Origin: Thecamonas trahens ATCC 50062
Taxonomy: Eukaryota; Protista; Apusomonadida
Assembly (NCBI RefSeq): GCF_000142905.1
Contig: NW_013657671.1
Location: forward strand, 186,001-250,000
Reading direction: 5' to 3'
DNA length: 64,000 nucleotides
Shown here: positions 55,247 to 64,000 of the stretch, piece by piece
Position numbering within the stretch: position 1 is the stretch's first letter
How the letters are laid out: each line of letters starts with the position of its first letter
The notes under the pieces: generated by a model
Told to the model about the DNA's origin: nothing
The model's input: only the letters and a program-made list of their open reading frames with translations
Database searches by the model: none
Program-made: the position numbers and the translations under genes

Positions 55247-57241
55247 ATGCTGCGGGAGGTGCTGCTTGCGCTTCTGGGCCATGCGGGCGACGTCATTGCG
55301 CCCGGACCCGACGGGGTGCTCCGGGTCGTCCCTGGCCTGCCCTTCCTGCACCCGTCCGAGGCAGCTGCTGTGGACAGGCTGGTGGTTATGGGCAGCCACT
55401 ATGCGTCTCTGAACGGATACTCTGGCCGTGTTCATGCAGCCGAGGGCGCTCGCGACCATTCGTTGCTGGTCTCGGCCTTTGCTGCAGGTGTGGACGAGGT
55501 GCTGGATAGATACCGCGCTCACGTGCTCGCGGCAGAGAAGGCGGTCATCGCCGATCAGGGCATGACCCTCGCTCATCTGACGGTCCACTTTGCGGCAGAG
55601 GCTCTGACTCTTCCGGCGCTTGCCGGCCTGGCTGCCGTTGTCCACGACCAGCGGCTGGTGGGCGGCCGGCTGCTCGAGGCGGTGTACGAGGCGTCGGTGT
55701 CGGGCATTCCCGAGGTGGCCGACATGTTTTCTGGCGTCCTCGCCGCCCTTCATCGTTGCCTGCTGGGCTTGATGAAGGCATGGATGGTTGACGGCGTGCT
55801 GGACGATCCGGCGAGCGAGTGGTTCGTGGCGCCAGGCAGCGCACAGACTGTCGACGGTGATGACGACGGTGCCTCGGTCCTCACAAACTGGAACTCATCG
55901 TTTACGCTCCGAGTCGACGGGATTCCCAGCTACTTGCCGGCGACGCTGGCGGAAAAGGTGTTGTTTGCCGGCAAGGCCGTCCAGGTCCTCCGCGCCATCC
56001 GCCGCCGCAAGGCTCTCGCCGCGCTGCTCGGTGAGTCGTCGGCGGCGTCGGCGTTCCCGCTGCTGCCGTCGGACGCGCGGAGCGTCGACGCGGTGGTAGC
56101 CGGCAGCAGCAGCGGCTCTGCTACTGCTGGCAACCAGCCGGCGCAAGCCTTTCGGCTGCTGAGCGATGCCGAGCTGGAGCGGTTTGCTCTCGCGCTGGAC
56201 GAGCTCGCGCTCGCGCGGACCTTTAAGCTCAGCGCGTTCAAGGCAACGGTAGAGGACATCCGCACGGTGCTGGCGGGACATCTCTTTGACCTCATTGTCC
56301 ACGAGGCGGATTTGCTCGGCCACATCGGCGCCCTCAAGAACTACTTTCTGCTCGGCCGCGGCGAGCTCTACCACTCGTTCCTGGCGGATGGGCACGAGGT
56401 GTTGGCGTCGCCGGTCTCGCCGCTCGGAGCGCACGAGCTGCGGGCCATCTACGTCCAGGCCGGAGCCAAGTCGTCGGCCGACGGTGACCACTTCTTCGAG
56501 CATGTGAGCCTGGCGGTCGAGCTCGGCGACGATGAGGCCGCTCGTGGCGGGGGCGGTGAGGGCGGGCCGGACGCGGCGTGGCGGGCGGCGCTGAGCCTGC
56601 ACTACGATGTGCCATCGCCTGTCCATCTCGTGCTGGATGAGCAGTCCATGGCGCTGTACGGCCAGCTCTTCTCATTCCTCCTCGCCGTCAAGCGAGTCCA
56701 GCTGGCGCTGCAAGGAGCGTGGATGCCACAGATGCGGCACAAGAACATGGCTCGGCTGATCGGGAGCTCAGCGCCGGTGCAACGAGTGTGGATGACACGG
56801 GCGCGCATGGCGTTTTTGATTGACAACTTGCAATACTACCTCCAGGCTGATGTGCTCGAGGCGCAGCACTCGGTGCTGGTGCAAGCCGTCGAGGCCTCGC
56901 GCGACTTTGAGGCCGTCAAGGCTGCCCACACGCGATACATCAACAACCTCGTTGCGCTCGCCTTTCTTCGCATCAAGCCGGTATACTCGACGCTCCTGCA
57001 GCTCTTTGACACTTGCATTCAGTACGCGCGGCTGCTGATGACGGCAGCGTCGAGCTCCGCGGCGGCCGGGGCCGGCATTCCGGCCTCGCGCGAGGCGGCG
57101 CTCTCCAAGGCCTTTGATCGCCAGTCACACTTTCTCTTCACCGTCCTCTCGGGCGTCAAGCAAGTCCACGCCGCGCCTCATCTCGCACAGCTTCTGCTCC
57201 GCATCGACTTTAACCGGCATTTCTCGTCGGCCATGCCGTAG
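55247..57241 (+). CDS. TUBGCP4: Gamma-tubulin complex component 4
   Basis: MLREVLLALLGH.GD, FLHPSE, AEKVLFAGKAV, KNYFLLGRGEL, MAFLIDNLQYYLQADVLEAQ, HLAQLLLRIDFNR.FS. Confidence 0.92.
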   Translation: MLREVLLALLGHAGDVIAPGPDGVLRVVPGLPFLHPSEAAAVDRLVVMGSHYASLNGYSGRVHAAEGARDHSLLVSAFAAGVDEVLDRYRAHVLAAEKAVIADQGMTLAHLTVHFAAEALTLPALAGLAAVVHDQRLVGGRLLEAVYEASVSGIPEVADMFSGVLAALHRCLLGLMKAWMVDGVLDDPASEWFVAPGSAQTVDGDDDGASVLTNWNSSFTLRVDGIPSYLPATLAEKVLFAGKAVQVLRAIRRRKALAALLGESSAASAFPLLPSDARSVDAVVAGSSSGSATAGNQPAQAFRLLSDAELERFALALDELALARTFKLSAFKATVEDIRTVLAGHLFDLIVHEADLLGHIGALKNYFLLGRGELYHSFLADGHEVLASPVSPLGAHELRAIYVQAGAKSSADGDHFFEHVSLAVELGDDEAARGGGGEGGPDAAWRAALSLHYDVPSPVHLVLDEQSMALYGQLFSFLLAVKRVQLALQGAWMPQMRHKNMARLIGSSAPVQRVWMTRARMAFLIDNLQYYLQADVLEAQHSVLVQAVEASRDFEAVKAAHTRYINNLVALAFLRIKPVYSTLLQLFDTCIQYARLLMTAASSSAAAGAGIPASREAALSKAFDRQSHFLFTVLSGVKQVHAAPHLAQLLLRIDFNRHFSSAMP

Positions 57242-57536
57242 CAGTCACGATGCCCAGCCCGCGGCCGCGAGTTGGTGTAGTAAAGACCGCCGGCTCGAGC
57301 CAACGTCCAAGCAACACACACACAGCCAGCCGTTGTACACGTTCAGCCCAAGATTTGCGCCCTTCCATGTCGACCATCAGCATGCCAGATCCATATCGCT
57401 CGGCGTGCAACTTGATGCGCCCCGCTAGGCCGTTTCCCGCCCGACGACCGACTTGGCTCGTTAGCAGCCCCGACCGTTGCCCCGTTGGCAACCGACCACC
57501 ACCGCCACCACCTTTCTTTGCCTTGTTGAGAACAAC

Positions 57537-60454
57537 ATGGCCGGTACGTGGAACAAGCTGCGCCTCCCCGTCTCCTATCTTCTCCCACCACCAACACCTT
57601 TATTATCCCACCATCCTCCCACTTTCCCTCGTGTTCTACCTCCTCCACCTATTCCCCCTGTCCCCCTTCCCCTTTGGTGGTGGTGGTGGGCTGGTGGTTG
57701 ATGGCCACTCGCATCGCCCAGTCGCCGTCTCCCCTTTGGCTCGAGGGTCATTTTTTTGAAACCGACTGCGGGAGGGAGGGGGGGGGGGGGGGGGAGGGGG
57801 GCTGGTTGAGGACTGGGACTGGGAGAGGAGGACAGAGATAGAAAGGCAGGGTGTCATGACTTATGGTGTGTGTATGGTATGTATGTGTGTTTGTGTGGGG
57901 GAATGTGGTTGTGTTTGGGACTGGGCTGGGGGTGGGCAGACAACGCTGCGAACGCGTCCTCGCCGCCGGCTGCTGCTGCTGAGGTCGATTACGACAAGCT
58001 GACGGTGAAGGACATCTTTGAGAACCTGACGTACGGGCCTGCTCCCGAGTCTGACGCTGCCTTCCGCGAGTGGGTGGACGAGCACGAGGGCAAGTTTGGC
58101 CTGTTCATCAACAACGAGTGGGTGCACCCGGCGGGGGCCAAGTACCGGCCGTCGGTCTGCCCTGCGACTGGCGAGGAGCTGTGCGTGACGTGCGACGGGA
58201 CGGATGCCGACGTGGACGTTGCGGTGAGCGCTGCGCGGACTGCGTTTGAGTCGTGGTCTGCGCTGGAGCCGCACGTGCGTGCGAAGCACCTGTACTCGCT
58301 TGCGCGTCATGTGCAGAAGCACGCGCGTCTTCTTGCCGTGGTCGAGGCGCTGGACAACGGCAAGTCGATCCGTGAGACGCGCGATGCGGACGTGCCGATT
58401 ATGGCGCGGCACTTTTACACCACGCCGGATGGGCGCAGCTGATGCCGGAGGAGATGGCCGGGTACCGGCCGCTTGGCGTTGTGGGCGCCATCACGCCGTG
58501 GAACTTCCCGCTGATGCTGATGACGTGGAAGATTGCGCCTGCGCTTGCGATGGGCAACACAGTGGTGCTCAAGCCTGCGTCGTACACGCGGCTCTCGGCG
58601 CTGCTCTTTGCGCAGATCTGCGTGGAGGCCGGGCTCCCGCCTGGCGTGATCAACATTGTGACGGCGTCCGGGCGTGTCGGGTCTGCGCTCGCAGACCACC
58701 CGGGCATCGACAAGGTGGCGTTCACCGGGTCGACGCCGATCGGGCGGCTGCTGCGGCGGCGGATTGCGGGGTCAGGCAAGAAGATCTCGCTGGAGCTTGG
58801 CGGCAAGTCGCCGATCATTGTGTTTGACACTGCCGACATTGACTCTGCCATCGAGGGCTGCGTCGACGCCATCTGGTTCAACCAGGGCCAGGTCTGCTGC
58901 GCGGGCTCGCGTCTGCTTGTGCAGGAGAACATTGCGGCCAAGGTGGAGGCCAAGCTCAAGGCGCGGATGGACCACTTCCGCATTGGGCATCCGCTGGACA
59001 AGTGCATCGACATGGGCGCGCTTGTGGACGAGTCGCAGTACGAGACGATTTCGTCGTTTGTGGAGGGCGCGATTGCCGAGGGCGCCAACGTGTACAAGGC
59101 CAATGTGCCTGTGCCGTCGGAGGGCTGGTACTGGCCGCCGACTCTCATCACCAACGTGGCGCCGACAAACGCGTGCGTGCGCGAGGAGATCTTCGGCCCG
59201 GTCCTCACCATGATGACGTTCCGCAACCCGAAGGAGGCTGTGGCCCTGGCCAACAACACCATGTTTGGTCTCGCCGGTTCGGTGTGGTCGGAGAACATTG
59301 CGCTCGCGTCCGAGGTGGCGACGCAGATCAAGGCCGGCACCATCTGGGTCAACTCGCACAACCTGTTCGACGCTGCGGCCGGGTTTGGCGGCTACCGCGA
59401 GTCCGGCTTTGGCCGCGACGGCGGCAAGGAAGGGCTGTACGAGTACGCGACGCCGGCCTGGCTCCCGGTTCGCCCGGCGCCCGAGCTCAACTTCCCGGTC
59501 TCGGAGGACGACATTGTGTGGGACCTGCCTGCGCCGTCGCGGCCCGCGTCGGTGGCGGCATCGTCGGCCTCGGTCGACCAGGCCATCCTCGGCGTCATGC
59601 GCGTCGACCGGACGCAGAAGGTCTTTATCGGCGGCAAGCAGAAGCGGCCGGACGGCCAGTACTCCAAGGCCATCCTCGACCCCGAGGGCGGGCTCATTTC
59701 CGAGGTGGCTGACGCCAACCGCAAGGATGTGCGTAACGCTGTCGAGGCTGCGCACAAGGCCGCGCCCGGCTGGAGCAAGCGTGCCGCCCACAACCGCGCG
59801 CAGATCTGCTACTTTGTGGCTGAGAACCTCATGCGCCGGTCCGACGAGTTTGCCTCGCGCATCGTCGTCCAGACCGGCCGCTCGCTCGAGTCGGCCGAGG
59901 ACGAGGTCAAGGCTGCCATTGAGCGCCTCTTCTACTACGCCGCGTACGCCGACAAGTTTGGCGGCACGGTCAAGGAGACTTCGTTCTACGGCGTGACCAT
60001 CTCCACCAACGAGGCCGTCGGCGTGGTCGGCATTGCCTGCCCCGACGAGTACCCGCTGCTTGGCTTTGTCTCGCTCGTCGCGCCCGCCGTCATCCGCGGC
60101 AACACCGTCGTTGTCGTCCCGTCGCAGGCCCATCCGCTCTGCGCCACGGACCTCTACCAGGTCTTCGAGACTTCGGACCTGCCTGGCGGCGTCATCAACA
60201 TCCTCACCGGCCACCGCGACCTCGTGACCAAGACCCTCGTCGAGCACTGGGACGTCGACGCTATGTGGTACTTTGGCTCCGCCGAGGGCTCCCGCAACGT
60301 CGAGTACTCGGCTGCCAACAACATGAAGCGGACTTGGGTCAACTACGGCGACTTTACCCGCAACTGGATGGACAACAAGCAGGGCCAGGGCGTCGAGTTC
60401 CTCTTCCACGCCACCGAGCCCAAGTCCATCTGGCTTCCCATCGGCGAGATGTAG
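57537..60454 (+). CDS. ALDH16-type two-domain aldehyde dehydrogenase; exons 57537-57543 and 57940-60454 (frame break ~58418)
   Basis: IFENLTYGPAPES, HFY[H]HAGWAQL, ITPWNFPL, FTGST.IG, LELGGKS, NQGQVCCAG, EEIFGPV, followed by a second truncated ALDH domain (FIGGKQKRPDG...). Confidence 0.88.
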
Positions 60455-60595
60455 AGTCCTGCTCTCTCTCTCTCCAATCTAAACTCACGTCTGTGCGGCA
60501 AAGCGAGCAAGCAAAGCACTCCCCCGCCCCATGCCCGATGCTGTGACTAGCCTGGCTCGCGTGTCGTGTCCATGACGTGTTGGTGATTGCGACAA

Positions 60596-60597
<2 letters not shown>

Positions 60598-60637
<40 letters not shown>
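60598..60637. repeat. (GCCA)n microsatellite
   Basis: Direct reading. Confidence 0.9.
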
Positions 60638-60638
<1 letters not shown>

Positions 60639-60719
60639 AGTGCCATGCTAGCAAGTGCGGCCTGGACATAGTACGAGCTGACGGCCAGAGGGACACACCC
60701 GTCTCCATTCACACGCACT

Positions 60720-61687
60720 ATGGCCTACCAAGTACGAAGCCAGTAGCGGTGTCCAGTGGGCATACCCTTCCTGGTTGCCTTGGCCCTGCCCCCCACCCCC
60801 TTGTTTCCCCCCTTGCCCACCACCGCCACCTTCCGATCACCCTTCCCCCCTCCCCCGACTTCCCGCCCACCTTCCCCACCCTCCGCTTCCCCAACTNNNN
60901 NNNNNNNNNNNNNNNNNNNNNNNNNNNNNNNNNNNNNNNNNNNNNNNNNNNNNNNNNNNNNNNNNNNNNNNNNNNNNNNNNNNNNNNNNNNNNNNNNNNN
61001 NNNNNNNNNNNNNNNNNNNNNNNNNNNNNNNNNNNNNNNNNNNNNNNNNNNNNNNNNNNNNNNNNNNNNNNNNNNNNNNNNNNNNNNNNNNNNNNNNNNN
61101 NNNNNNNNNNNNNNNNNNNNNNNNNNNNNNNNNNNNNNNNNNNNNNNNNNNNNNNNNNNNNNNNNNNNNNNNNNNNNNNNNNNNNNNNNNNNNNNNNNNN
61201 NNNNNNNNNNNNNNNNNNNNNNNNNNNNNNNNNNNNNNNNNNNNNNNNNNNNNNNNNNNNNNNNNNNNNNNNNNNNNNNNNNNNNNNNNNNNNNNNNNNN
61301 NAGTCGTTCTGCCGAAGCGTAGCCGTCCCCCCTCCCCCTCCCCCCCCCCCCCGCCCCCGCGCAGACTCGTGACTTACCCCTTGTGTGCATATTGCATATG
61401 TTCTTGCCTTTGTGTGGTGTGGCTGTATATAGGAGCGCGGCGGTGTCATCGACGCCCTGACCAAGGTCCTCGTCCTGCTCTACGAGGAGCCCGACAAGCC
61501 GCCGCATGCTCTGGACTGGATCCGGTCGCAGCTGGGAGCGCCTGCGGGGGTGGATGTGGAGGCCATTCGCAGAGACAACAAGCAGCTGGCGGATCAGGTC
61601 AAGGAGCTCCAGGCAGAGAACCAGAACCTGCTCAACCGCCTCCGCGAGCTGGAGGTCCAGCACGACGATGGCATCGATGACTACTAA
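60720..61687 (+). CDS. MYCBP: c-Myc-binding protein (MYCBP/AMY-1); putative first exon 60720-60731, last exon 61433-61687, middle exon probably in the gap
   Basis: Own translation: ERGGVIDALTKVLVLLYEEPDKPPHALDWIRSQLG...; ATG GCC TAC CAA|GTACGA upstream. Not in the ORF track. Confidence 0.8.
60897..61301. other. Assembly gap (405 N)
   Basis: Run of N flanked by poly-C tracts. Confidence 1.
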
Positions 61688-61894
61688 GCCGGGCATCATC
61701 AAGCTGTAGCGTCAGGCGGGACAACTGTAGCATGCAAAGCAAACACAGATGCCACAGCCGCAGTTGGGAGCATGCCCTGTCTGCCACAGGCAGGGTGTGT
61801 GAGGGAAAGCTGCCTGCGGCGTGCCGTGTGGCGACACACTCGTCGCTCTCAGTGTTGCGCTCGAAGCGGATAGAGAGAGGGAGAGCAAAGGACC

Positions 61895-62782
61895 ATGGTA
61901 CGATGGGGGGGCGTGAGGGGCATGTGGTGGGAGGTCTGGTGCAGAGGAGGTTGGCAGGTAGCCGAGGCTCTGAAGCAGGACCGTGTTGCGGCCGAGTGTG
62001 TTGGCGAGTGCTCACAGAGGGTAACGGCGACGGCTTGGCGCGCTGGGACGGGGGGGGGGGTTTGGGGGGTTGACGAGGGGCAGATCAATCAGATGCGGCC
62101 GATCGAGCCTGTGGAAGAAGTGGAGGAGCGGAAGCGGATTGCATCGCATTCGTACGGCGAGGCGCTGGAGAAGGAGCGGCTGCGCGGGAGGCGGCGTGGG
62201 TTTGGTGGCCCCGCGCCGGTGCTGGGTGACGAGTATCTGGCGTCGGCGCCTCCGTCGGCGCCGGCGTATCTGGCTCCAGAGCAGCAGTTCCGGACCGACG
62301 TAGCGGCAGAGCTTGCTGCAGAGCAGGCGGCAAAGCGTGCGGCGGACGATGCGCTGCTGCAGACGAAGCGCGCGGCCCGGGCGCGGCGCGAGGCGGCGAT
62401 CCGCGGTGGGGCGGCGGCTCGCGAAGGCGTCGGCGCGGTCGAGTCGGTCGGCTCGGTGCTGTCGGACTGGGGTGCGCCGCCAGCATCAGGAAGTGCGCGA
62501 GACGCATCCGGCGGGGTGTCATCGACGGTGCGGTCGAACCACAACGCTCCGGGGATGGCGTACGACATTGTAAGCGAGCGGTACCTGGCGTCGGCCGAGG
62601 GCGATAAGCTGCGTGCTCAAGACGAGGACGCGCGGCGACGTTGGGCGAGCCGGGCCCAGGCGCTCGCTGACCGTGATTCGCGCTCGGGCTACAACCCGAT
62701 CACCGGCGCGGCAGTCCAGCCGGTCCGACCGCTGCCGCCGTTCGAGTCAACGGCCCGTGGCGACAGATACACGGGCCAGTAG
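61895..62782 (+). CDS. Hypothetical protein with YDIV...RSGYNPITG motif; probable ATG-only first exon, intron 61898-62083
   Basis: ATG|GTACGA ... G-tract ... GGGGCAG|ATC AAT CAG ATG; YNPITG-type motifs occur in ciliary proteins (inference). Confidence 0.6.
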   Translation: MVRWGGVRGMWWEVWCRGGWQVAEALKQDRVAAECVGECSQRVTATAWRAGTGGGVWGVDEGQINQMRPIEPVEEVEERKRIASHSYGEALEKERLRGRRRGFGGPAPVLGDEYLASAPPSAPAYLAPEQQFRTDVAAELAAEQAAKRAADDALLQTKRAARARREAAIRGGAAAREGVGAVESVGSVLSDWGAPPASGSARDASGGVSSTVRSNHNAPGMAYDIVSERYLASAEGDKLRAQDEDARRRWASRAQALADRDSRSGYNPITGAAVQPVRPLPPFESTARGDRYTGQ

Positions 62783-63223
62783 AACTTGCGCTTGTGGCTG
62801 GTGTAGGCGATGATTGTCGAAAGGGTAAACCTCACGGCGACAAAGACGAGCGTCTCATTGCACTTGCCGAGTGCAGCCTGCAGCATGTCGTGGTGCCAGA
62901 GGTAGGCCATGGCATCGCACCTCTACACCCACCTGATCATCAGCTCGAGGAGGCCGGCAGCGGCGCCGAGGTAGACGAGCAGTGCGTCCATGCCGATCCA
63001 GACGAGCGGAGGTGAGGCGGTGGCAATATAAACTGCCTGCCGACAACATCGACGAAGATGTAGACGGTGGCCAGGCTGGCAGTATCCAACCTGCCTTGCC
63101 AAGGGAGGCGAGGCCACAGGCGAAACTCGGTCGGTTTCCACACAGGATTCTTTCCATTGGAGGCAAAGACCGGGGCCTGCGGTCGAGTCGGACTCACCGC
63201 ACTCTGTGATACACAACGACGGG

Positions 63224-63954
63224 ATGAACGACGACGACAATGACCTCCATCTTATTTCGCAGGAGCTGCTGGCGCGGTTGGCGTTTGGTCTGGATGTCGA
63301 GACGGCACGAGAGGTTGTGCGGGCGGTGGCTGGGGAGGAGCCACGGGCTGGCATGGAGGCCTCGCCGGTGGTGCGGATCGGCGACTCGCTGACCTTGCTA
63401 CATCTGGCAGTGCAGGCACCGTCGCTTGAGGTGGTCGAGTTCCTGCTGAGCATCGGTCACCCGACGGAGGTGCGCACGGTTGTGGGCGAGACGCCGCTAG
63501 ATCAGGCGGCGTGGCTGGGGCTGGCCAATGTGGCCGGTGCCCTACTCGCCGGCGGAGCGAACCCAAACTGCGCCACCGATCTTGGCTACACACCGCTGCA
63601 TCGGTGTGCGTACTACGGCCATCCGCAGCTGGCGGCGAAGCTGCTGCTCATGGGCGCGAACAAGGACCTTGTGGACTCGAACGGCGACAAGCCGTACGAC
63701 TGTGCGGTCGCCCAGGGCCATGACAGCATCGCTAGCATGCTACAGCCCAACATGGTTAACGGTGTGGAACTCTGGGATGCCGTGTACGTCCGTAACAGCC
63801 CCCACGCCGCCGATGCCCGGCCCGAGCTCTTGAGGCGTTCCGTGCGCTTGAGACGATGGAGCGGCGGCTGGCAGGCACGGATGCGCCCGGCTCTGCCGAG
63901 GGCGGCGACAGCTTCGGCAGCGACGCCGCCGACCTTGATCCACTCGACGAATAA
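63224..63954 (+). CDS. Ankyrin-repeat protein (frame break ~63828-63831)
   Basis: Own translation (absent from the track): LTLLHLAV, GETPLDQAA, GYTPLHRCAYYGH, GDKPYDCA; +1 base gives PELLEAFRALETMERR...LDE* (TAA 63952-63954). Confidence 0.85.
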
Positions 63955-63966
63955 AGGTGGAGCATC

Positions 63967-63968
<2 letters not shown>

Positions 63969-63999
<31 letters not shown>
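63969..63999. repeat. (TG)n microsatellite
   Basis: Direct reading. Confidence 0.9.
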
Positions 64000-64000
64000 T

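Noticed and set aside
58772-60409. Long antisense/shadow ORFs (545 aa here; also 21989-23146, 48846-50192, 28631-29944)
   Set aside because: Expected by-product of high GC3 codon bias opposite real genes; no motifs.
60587-61702. ORFs running through X residues
   Set aside because: Artefacts of translating the N gap.
62780-63200. Hydrophobic protein-like fragments on the minus strand
   Set aside because: Multiple stops and frame changes; no recognisable family.
1-64000. tRNA, rRNA, transposase or reverse transcriptase genes
   Set aside because: None recognised by eye; a tRNAscan/Rfam run would be needed to exclude small RNAs.

Overview
GC-rich, gene-dense, intron-poor nuclear DNA from a unicellular (probably flagellated) eukaryote. 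It is not prokaryotic; the style suggests an apusomonad such as Thecamonas, but that is a guess. About 28 protein genes: FANCI (partial), arylamine N-acetyltransferase, CNOT9/Rcd1, NMNAT/NadD, TLC-like membrane protein, PARP6/8-like with UBA, deoxynucleoside kinase, a myosin with two CAP-Gly domains, BCKDHB, MPC1, a GT4 glycosyltransferase with signal peptide and HDEL, PH-FHA, LRR-PH, BRF1, syntaxin-8-like, a bacterial-type cupin/DUF2867 protein, a LIM-like/PH/Tudor-like protein, GCP4, ALDH16-like, MYCBP, ankyrin proteins and several coiled-coil or hypothetical proteins. The main window-wide signal is about 18 frame breaks inside otherwise intact genes, all repaired by adding ONE base that duplicates a neighbouring base. 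Homopolymer under-calling in the assembly is the simplest explanation; insertional editing or slippage needs to be excluded. Other signals are 5'-biased introns with mostly GTAC(G) donors and G-rich acceptors, 167-186 bp tandem duplications of gene 5' ends, GATC-based microsatellites at gene starts, a ~60 bp dispersed repeat and a 405-N gap. All gene calls come from motif recognition by eye; no searches were run.
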